The position numbers and the translations under genes are program-made. The notes beneath the pieces are model-generated. The model was not told where the DNA came from and ran no database searches. It saw nothing but the letters and a program-made list of their open reading frames with translations. 64,000 nt of DNA from Patescibacteria group bacterium UBA3466 (GTDB lineage Bacteria; Patescibacteriota; Minisyncoccia; Phycocordibacterales; UBA918): contig DFRJ01000004.1 of the NCBI GenBank assembly GCA_002378195.1, forward strand, positions 25,073 through 89,072. Direction: 5' to 3'. Each line of letters opens with the position of its first letter. Position 1 is the first letter of the stretch. This document shows, piece after piece, positions 57,835-64,000 of this stretch.

Positions 57835-60800
57835 TTAGATCTCTTGTATATCCGGAACAACTTCAACTGTAGCAATACTGCTGTAAACCACTCCAGTGAT
57901 TGGCTCGACACAACGCAGTTCATACTGACTAAAGTTTGTAACCGTTACGGTGATCGGGCTAGTGCTATTGTCGGTATTACCGCCAGCCGGGCCGTGACTA
58001 AAGCTAGTATCTATACCTGGTCCTTGTACCGTACAGTCAATCTCATACGCGGTCTCCAAATTCCAGCTCACATCAACATCTTGGCCGACTCTGGTAATCT
58101 GTGGGTCTGTGTTAATACCCATTGGAGGTGGAGGTGGATTGAGGACAAAAGTATCATTGAGAACATTGTTAGTACGATCGCTTTCACCCACCGCATCTAC
58201 TGCCTCATTATTTATCTCCCCTACTAAGGTGTAGCTACCAAACGGTACGTTGGTGAAGAAGTTGTCGGTACTAAATGACTCGCCGACTCCAACCGCGCTG
58301 TTATAACTTCCCAAACCGGAATCCAAAGCGTCGAGTCGGACGCGGTGCGGTACGCTACTGGCTCCAAAGCCTTCATTACCAGAGTTATTTACGTCCAATC
58401 TGATATTCACGTTGGCGTATACCCCTGTGACAGGATCTGCGCCGGAGTTAAACGGTGAGTAACCAAACGGGATCAGATCTATATAAAATGCGTCGCAAGT
58501 TTGAGTGTTGTTATTCCACACAAATCCTCCATCACAATCAGTGGTTACCGTAACGGTTTTATCACTATCCATGGTCAGATTACAGGTTGCCCCTGAACAA
58601 TCTCCAGAAAAGACAGTAGTAGCATCTGGTACAGAATTTACTGTCAGAGTGACCGATTCGTTTTCATCATATGTTTCAAGACAATCAACTGGGCAGCTAA
58701 TACCAGCTGGACTGGATGAAATAGTAATCAGATCACTGACCTCACCGGCGTTGGATACATTTAGATCATATCGTCCGACACAGGCGGTTCCGCTCCATAC
58801 AAAACCAAAGTTACAGTCATAAGTTGCGGTTACTGACTGAGCACCAGTCATTGTCACCACACACGAGTTGGTACCGGTGCAACCACCACTGAATACCGCG
58901 CTACCGTTCGCAATGTTAGCTGTTAAGTTCACTATAGAATTTTGAGTGTACGCTTCAGAACAATCATTGTTGGGAGGAGTCAGACCAGCTCCTTCACACA
59001 AGATACCTGAGTCGCCTGAAGTGGTCAGGCCGATTGAGCCAGCCAAACCATTATTATTTACATTCAGCACGTAAGTTGGTTCCGCGGCCACTGTAGTTAT
59101 CATACTGTCTACGCCAGTAGCCTCTCCGTCAAAGGCTGACAACCGAAACTCATAAGTACCGGCTGACATATCGCTAAAGGTAGGATTGAGAGTGGTGCCG
59201 TTAGTGATAGTTGGTAGCGACAAGCCAGTTCCTCCAATATAAGTCCAGTTAAATATCAGCGGGCTTGGACCATCAACGTCGGTAGCGGTACCGGTGGTCG
59301 ACGTGGCGCTCTCAGGCAACACCAGCGCTTTATCAGCACCAGCATTAACTACCGGAGTTTGATTAGGAGCATCACAAGTGAAACTCTCTGAGGCATCAGA
59401 ACTACAGCTGCCAGAACCGTTACAAGCTTCGACCCATACTCGATAACTATTACCAATTGTACCGGTAGCGTTATACGGATCAGACACGAGGCCATCAATA
59501 CAAATGTCGCCAGCGTTTGGACTCACACATGAACCATTCCAACCATTAGCTGTTTCATCATCGAGACGGAAATTGTAGCTAGCCGCCCCGACAGAGCTAA
59601 AGTTCACCTCAATACTACCAGCATCACAAGTAGCATTGACAGCCGGTGCCAAAGGCACTGGGTCGGGATCAAGGTAGGGTGCTGAACAGAGAGCCTCATG
59701 TTGCCAGCCCCAACCAAAAGGTGAGAAAAATCCGCACGACCAATCATAATCTCCCTGCTGGGGTGGCTCGTTATAGTCGAAGCCATAAAAACACCAACCT
59801 GGCGAAAAGCCGCATGGGCCATAATTTGCAACACCGTCTTTATCGGCAGTAGCAATAATTGACCAGTGCGGGCTTGGGTTTGCGCTGCCAGAAGTACAGC
59901 GCTGTCCGGCAGTTGGCCACGCAGAAGTTGGCACACCCGCAGCAGCACCACACTCAGCTGGTGGAGCCGGGGCCGGTCCTCCTCCACTGTCATAATTGGC
60001 CGTACAGCGGGCCGCCGGATCTCCTGACCCTGACACAAAGCAAGACCACTCATATTCATCGCCATTTCTTACGGCCCCACCGCCCAAGACAGCCGCTCCG
60101 GCCGAGCACAAATTGGAAGTAGGTACTGAAGTATAAGTTCCGCCAGCGGCTGATCCACAAGCGGCTGGTGCTGGGGTGTCAGACTGACAACTACTCCCAT
60201 TCCACGAAAAGCCGGTGTTACAACTAAACTCACAGGCTCGACTCGTGTCGCTTGATGAATGTTCCCAACTTAAGGTTGCGGTGGTGGTCGTATCGCCAGG
60301 ATGAGCAGTACCGTTGCTTGGCACGCCCCCCTGACAAGAGGGGCTAGAAACAAACGCATTACATACTTCTGAAGAACCAGTCCCTTGCCCTAGACAGCTC
60401 CACTGCCACAGGCCACCTAACTGCGTAATACTTGAGTTTCCGCCATTGCTAATACATAAATCTGGATCTCCGACCGGTGCCGCTGAGTAGCTTTTGTTAA
60501 TGGCATTTCCACACTGACCATCAGAGTTGGCACTTTTTGAGAGCGTACACTGAGTAGCGCTAGTGTTTGCTCCCCCGTTGTAGCCATTACATCCCCAGCG
60601 ATATTCAGTTGTCGTGTCTCCTGCTAGTCCAGCGTTTACTACCGTATTGTATGGACTACCAGTCTCACAAGTGTCTAAAACAGACGGGCTACTACACTGA
60701 CCGACGTAGGCGCGATCAGCACTACAAGCAGCATCGCTTCCACCACCAGCCCCCTCACAAGTCCAAGTCCAGCCATCAAGATCGCCGCTCCAACCAGTCA

Positions 60801-61377
60801 AAGTGCCTGCGTCACAAGCAAACGATTGATTTGGGTTGCTGAGATAACTGTTACCGTCAATTGATCCACAAGCACCGACAGTGAGCGGTTCAACTACGGT
60901 AAAATCTACACATCGGTTTATATAGTTTGTACTGTAGTTGCCAATTGCAGCAATCATACACACTTCATATGTACCGGTAAACATTGGCGCAGCAAAACTA
61001 TCGGAAGTACTGTAAGCAGAAATCAGTTGCGCGGAGCTTAAAGGCGCATTGATAATATTTGAATAACTTCCACCATCAATATTATAGGCCACGCGGACAT
61101 TACCGTGCCTAGGATCGTCGTCACTACTGACCACAGCTTGTAGTGTCACGGTCTCGCCAGGTGTGTATGGTCCACCCCCAACGAAAGATACCGAACTCCA
61201 AATTCCGGTTGCTTCCGGCGGTCCGCCATCTTGCACGCTATGAGAAGCGTTCATCGCCAAGGCATGATTGACACTAAAGACAAAAGCGAGCAGCATGATA
61301 CCAGCAGCAAGCAGTATCTTTTTAAGGGTCAATCCGTTTGTTGTCAGTGCTTTCATAAGATTAATTATTATCTTCAT
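57835..61377 (-). CDS. Giant (1180 aa) Cys-rich surface protein with PKD-like and divergent InlB-B-repeat-like modules
   Basis: N-terminal TM/signal. Four spaced aromatic-W-x-C repeats (GWTWTCEG, LWQWSCLG, EYEWSCFVSG, DYDWSCGFF). PKD-like PVVNAGADKALVLPE...AGTYEFRLSAFDG. Two tandem C..C...Y..V.LTA..VFSGGC.G..C..M....VT repeats. Gly/Ser/Thr-rich, no C-terminal anchor. Confidence 0.6.
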   Translation of the reverse strand: MKIIINLMKALTTNGLTLKKILLAAGIMLLAFVFSVNHALAMNASHSVQDGGPPEATGIWSSVSFVGGGPYTPGETVTLQAVVSSDDDPRHGNVRVAYNIDGGSYSNIINAPLSSAQLISAYSTSDSFAAPMFTGTYEVCMIAAIGNYSTNYINRCVDFTVVEPLTVGACGSIDGNSYLSNPNQSFACDAGTLTGWSGDLDGWTWTCEGAGGGSDAACSADRAYVGQCSSPSVLDTCETGSPYNTVVNAGLAGDTTTEYRWGCNGYNGGANTSATQCTLSKSANSDGQCGNAINKSYSAAPVGDPDLCISNGGNSSITQLGGLWQWSCLGQGTGSSEVCNAFVSSPSCQGGVPSNGTAHPGDTTTTATLSWEHSSSDTSRACEFSCNTGFSWNGSSCQSDTPAPAACGSAAGGTYTSVPTSNLCSAGAAVLGGGAVRNGDEYEWSCFVSGSGDPAARCTANYDSGGGPAPAPPAECGAAAGVPTSAWPTAGQRCTSGSANPSPHWSIIATADKDGVANYGPCGFSPGWCFYGFDYNEPPQQGDYDWSCGFFSPFGWGWQHEALCSAPYLDPDPVPLAPAVNATCDAGSIEVNFSSVGAASYNFRLDDETANGWNGSCVSPNAGDICIDGLVSDPYNATGTIGNSYRVWVEACNGSGSCSSDASESFTCDAPNQTPVVNAGADKALVLPESATSTTGTATDVDGPSPLIFNWTYIGGTGLSLPTITNGTTLNPTFSDMSAGTYEFRLSAFDGEATGVDSMITTVAAEPTYVLNVNNNGLAGSIGLTTSGDSGILCEGAGLTPPNNDCSEAYTQNSIVNLTANIANGSAVFSGGCTGTNSCVVTMTGAQSVTATYDCNFGFVWSGTACVGRYDLNVSNAGEVSDLITISSSPAGISCPVDCLETYDENESVTLTVNSVPDATTVFSGDCSGATCNLTMDSDKTVTVTTDCDGGFVWNNNTQTCDAFYIDLIPFGYSPFNSGADPVTGVYANVNIRLDVNNSGNEGFGASSVPHRVRLDALDSGLGSYNSAVGVGESFSTDNFFTNVPFGSYTLVGEINNEAVDAVGESDRTNNVLNDTFVLNPPPPPMGINTDPQITRVGQDVDVSWNLETAYEIDCTVQGPGIDTSFSHGPAGGNTDNSTSPITVTVTNFSQYELRCVEPITGVVYSSIATVEVVPDIQEI

Positions 61378-62734
61378 TAATCACCTCATCTCCCTCTTCT
61401 TCCTTCTTACTCAAAATTGTAATTAACTTAAGAACGATAAAGATCAAGGCCACCGCGATTAATCCTGACAATCCGTAAATAATCATCTTTTCAATCGGCC
61501 GGTCATCCGGCAGAGACTCGGAATCAGCTTCTGTACTATCATCCGCGAACTCTCCGGCAATCTCAATTACTTCCATATCATCAGTAAATTCATCAATGAG
61601 GGTCCCATCGCCATAATAAAGGCTTGTCGTAAACTGCGGACCAGGACAGTCCGTAGTTAACTCCAGACTGTAGCGCAAAAAGTCTTGCTGATCGGCCAGA
61701 AAGACATTCTCTGAGGTGGCGCATACTTCGCCAGCTTTAGAATTGATCTGAAATACTAAATAATGCGGTTCGGTACTAAAATTAGTTAGTTCGGCCACCG
61801 CTGTTACCACTTCTCCAGACTGAGGCTGCACAGGATCCGTCACGACATTTTTTAGTGCTACTAATTCAGGGTTACCCACCCAGTAATCAAACGCTACCTG
61901 GTTGGAGCTAATGCTGATGTTTGATGCATCACGTAGGTAAAGTCCGGTCACATACTTACTCTGGACGGTCGGAGTAAGAAAAGTGAAGCTCACTCCAGCT
62001 GTCTCACCGGGCGCCAAGTTTAGATTCTGCTCATCCTCTAGAGAAGTAGCGATGTACTTTCCGTAAGGAGACAGTTGGTTGGTGCCGATTATTTTTTGTA
62101 ATTCGAGTGCAGCATCAGTATTATTTGTAACCAAACAAGAAACATTGAACTCCTCTTCCGCAGCGACAGTTATCACTGCTGGCGTTTGTTCTAACTCAGC
62201 CGTCACATCTCCATCGCCGATAGTACAATCATCTAGAACCACCCTCCCCAGCTCAACGTCTGAAGTAATAGACACCGTTGGTACCACCGCTTCGGTCACA
62301 AAATCTCCTGACCAGTCGGCAATCTGCAACCTCATCTCATAGTCACCGCTGAGATTTCCCTCGACCGGAATGATCACCTCTTTTTCTACTTCTGATTCAC
62401 TGTCTAGACTAAAAGAATCGGCTGGAATAAAACTAAAAAACTGACTGCCACTACCGTCAACTGGAACAAATTGCATACCATACTTCAAACTCATCCAGCT
62501 CTTATCAGTTTCATTGATAGCCTTAAAGCCGATGGTGATGGCCTGCTTGCTGACTTGGTAGTTTGTAATAAGTATAGTTGGCGCCAAATCTTGATACTCC
62601 TCTATCACTGCATCCGGCAATGATACAGCATCAACCTGAGCGTTTGTAAGTTGAGCAAAGGTTAGTAAAGCAACTCCAGCTGCCACCAGCGCAAGCGTAA
62701 TAATGCGAGCAAAATGAAAACAATTAATTATCAT
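61361..62734 (-). CDS. Anchored extracellular protein (N-terminal signal/TM, C-terminal TM plus acidic tail), probable partner of the giant protein
   Basis: Its stop overlaps the start of the 1180-aa gene (operon). C-terminal GLSGLIAVALIFIVLKLITIL then KKEEEGDEVINEDNN. Ig-like beta-rich body. Confidence 0.45.
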   Translation of the reverse strand: MIINCFHFARIITLALVAAGVALLTFAQLTNAQVDAVSLPDAVIEEYQDLAPTILITNYQVSKQAITIGFKAINETDKSWMSLKYGMQFVPVDGSGSQFFSFIPADSFSLDSESEVEKEVIIPVEGNLSGDYEMRLQIADWSGDFVTEAVVPTVSITSDVELGRVVLDDCTIGDGDVTAELEQTPAVITVAAEEEFNVSCLVTNNTDAALELQKIIGTNQLSPYGKYIATSLEDEQNLNLAPGETAGVSFTFLTPTVQSKYVTGLYLRDASNISISSNQVAFDYWVGNPELVALKNVVTDPVQPQSGEVVTAVAELTNFSTEPHYLVFQINSKAGEVCATSENVFLADQQDFLRYSLELTTDCPGPQFTTSLYYGDGTLIDEFTDDMEVIEIAGEFADDSTEADSESLPDDRPIEKMIIYGLSGLIAVALIFIVLKLITILSKKEEEGDEVINEDNN

Positions 62735-62948
62735 ACGTATGAGGCTTTTTTATAGTATAGCCCGGGTCTGCAATTTTGTACTGTTCTATCAACATAAAGC
62801 ACCTCAATCACACTACGTACAAACGAGTGTTTTATATTGACAATATAGTTATTTAGTTGTCTTATAGGTTAAGCCTCTTATATATTTCACCAGAATATGT
62901 ATGATATGTCTAGGTTAAACTCGATCTTTACAACTTTGGAGATTCCCT

Positions 62949-63467
62949 ATGAATCATCTCAAACTCTTACTCGGTCTCATCCTGGTCTGTGCGCCTTACT
63001 TGGCTAAAGCAGAAATTCCTCAGGTATACCTCAACCTCTGTGTGGTAGCCAATTCAGCCGCAGATTTTGAGGAATTCCAATTCTTCACTGCTAGACTGGT
63101 CTTTCCCTCTGTTGTTTCTCAAAATTTGAAAGCCAGATTTGGTTCTGACCTCATCTACTTTGAAGGAGCGAGAAACAGCGGTCAGGAATACGAGCGTTGC
63201 TCGTTACTAAAATCCTTGCTGCCCCATGAATCCGCCACCAATTACAATATTCAAATTGCCGACGGTGATTATGGCGACCGGACTGTAGTAGCTAACCTTA
63301 TTCAACTCATTCCGATTGTTAGCAATGAGTCTAGCAACGAGCGGTTTCGCACCCAACACATCAGCACAGTCGAGCTGCGAGTCGGTGGTCAGCCAAACAT
63401 GCGTATTGGCTCAATCAGTCTCAACGGCAAAGACGGTTCTGTACCCGATACACTAAAGATGCAGTAA
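62949..63467 (+). CDS. Small secreted protein, paralog A (unknown family)
   Basis: Signal peptide MNHLKLLLGLILVCAPYLAKA and a GGAGA Shine-Dalgarno. Shares YL..C, ARLVFP/ADLVYP, FG.(D/E)LI(Y/M), ANY.I, GD(Y/W)G.R.V.A.L, ELRVG and DGSV blocks with the next gene. Confidence 0.45.
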   Translation: MNHLKLLLGLILVCAPYLAKAEIPQVYLNLCVVANSAADFEEFQFFTARLVFPSVVSQNLKARFGSDLIYFEGARNSGQEYERCSLLKSLLPHESATNYNIQIADGDYGDRTVVANLIQLIPIVSNESSNERFRTQHISTVELRVGGQPNMRIGSISLNGKDGSVPDTLKMQ

Positions 63468-63477
63468 GGAGAAGCAG

Positions 63478-63981
63478 ATGAAGATACTTTTATCAGGCGT
63501 TCTCATACTCACCCTCAGCACAGTATCGGGAGTGAGTATGGCCCAAGAACTCCTCGGCCCTCAGATGTACCTGCGCTTTTGCACGATTTATAGTACCGTG
63601 CAAGAAGCTCAGGATGGTGGTGTAAAAATCTTTTATGCGGACTTGGTCTACCCAAGGCATTTCACCACTCAATTTGGTGGTGAACTCATCATGTACCGCA
63701 ATTTGGATTACATCCACCAGTTCCACATTTGTTCAGACGATTACCGAATTTCTCACGACTCTGCTGCGAACTACAAGATTCGCCTGGAGAACGGGGATTG
63801 GGGAAATCGACCGGTCATTGCAACGCTACTCGAAAAAGTACCGTTTGCCGATGGCAGTGGCGAGAGAATCAGAAAGCACCGAACCTTTGAATTGAGAGTT
63901 GGTGCTGGGAATTCTAGACTAGGTGATCTGGATTTGCGAGGTCGTGACGGCAGCGTCTCAGCCAATCTCACAAATCAGTGA
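63478..63981 (+). CDS. Small secreted protein, paralog B (tandem duplicate of 62949..63467)
   Basis: Signal peptide MKILLSGVLILTLSTVSGVSMA and an AAGGAGA Shine-Dalgarno. About 30% identity and conserved Cys positions with paralog A. Confidence 0.45.
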   Translation: MKILLSGVLILTLSTVSGVSMAQELLGPQMYLRFCTIYSTVQEAQDGGVKIFYADLVYPRHFTTQFGGELIMYRNLDYIHQFHICSDDYRISHDSAANYKIRLENGDWGNRPVIATLLEKVPFADGSGERIRKHRTFELRVGAGNSRLGDLDLRGRDGSVSANLTNQ

Positions 63982-64000
63982 ATCACAGCGAGGCTGGCAC

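Overview
This 64-kb window is densely coding, with a stand-alone 16S rRNA gene and one tRNA. The 16S is clearly bacterial but unusual, and several gene families present point tentatively to an ultra-small or episymbiotic lineage of the Candidate Phyla Radiation (CPR) / Patescibacteria type (glycosyltransferase is abbreviated GT below); I cannot confirm the lineage without a search.

Layout, left to right:
1. 1-25.6 kb: a cell-surface glycan biosynthesis cluster, almost entirely on the minus strand and lower in GC than the rest. It contains a NeuB-like nonulosonate synthase, a HAD phosphatase, a CMP-sugar cytidylyltransferase, a NUDIX hydrolase, 7 GT4/GT2 glycosyltransferases, at least 8 SAM-methyltransferases (2 of the FkbM type), a Wzx-like flippase, a CE4 deacetylase, an acyltransferase-3 and two tandem PhyH-like dioxygenases.
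2. 25.6-33.8 kb: the same strand continues with a membrane-anchored LTD-PKD-LTD protein translationally coupled to a VirD4/TraG-like ATPase, then a D,D-carboxypeptidase, a GHL10-like hydrolase, rsmI and a compact metK. The metK leader is unusually structured.
3. 34-39.5 kb: GDT1/UPF0016 transporter, murC, a PgeF/YfiH-like protein, murD and a DedA-family protein.
4. 39.7-42.6 kb: tRNA-Ile(GAU) followed by a 38-bp repeat of its 3' half, a VirB2/TrbC-like small pilin-type protein, and an unlinked 16S rRNA gene with its own promoter, leader-trailer processing helix, structured trailer and terminator. The 16S has no canonical anti-SD tail and shows a compensated 530-loop change.
5. 42.6-46.3 kb: four minus-strand signal-peptide proteins of unknown function. 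One ends in an FtsZ C-terminal-peptide-like motif.
6. 46.5-53.8 kb: housekeeping genes (archaeal-type pyrH, a prephenate-dehydrogenase-like gene, secDF, folD) and a polyprenyl-phosphate sugar transferase.
7. 54-64 kb: GT4, SEDS (RodA/FtsW family), a membrane vWA protein, an 1180-aa Cys-rich surface protein with PKD and InlB-B-like repeats, a 457-aa anchored partner, and two tandem paralogous small secreted proteins.

No CRISPR array, integrase, transposase or recognisable defence system was seen. Function calls rest on motifs I read directly from the translations, and ORF-track start codons are often upstream of the likely true start.
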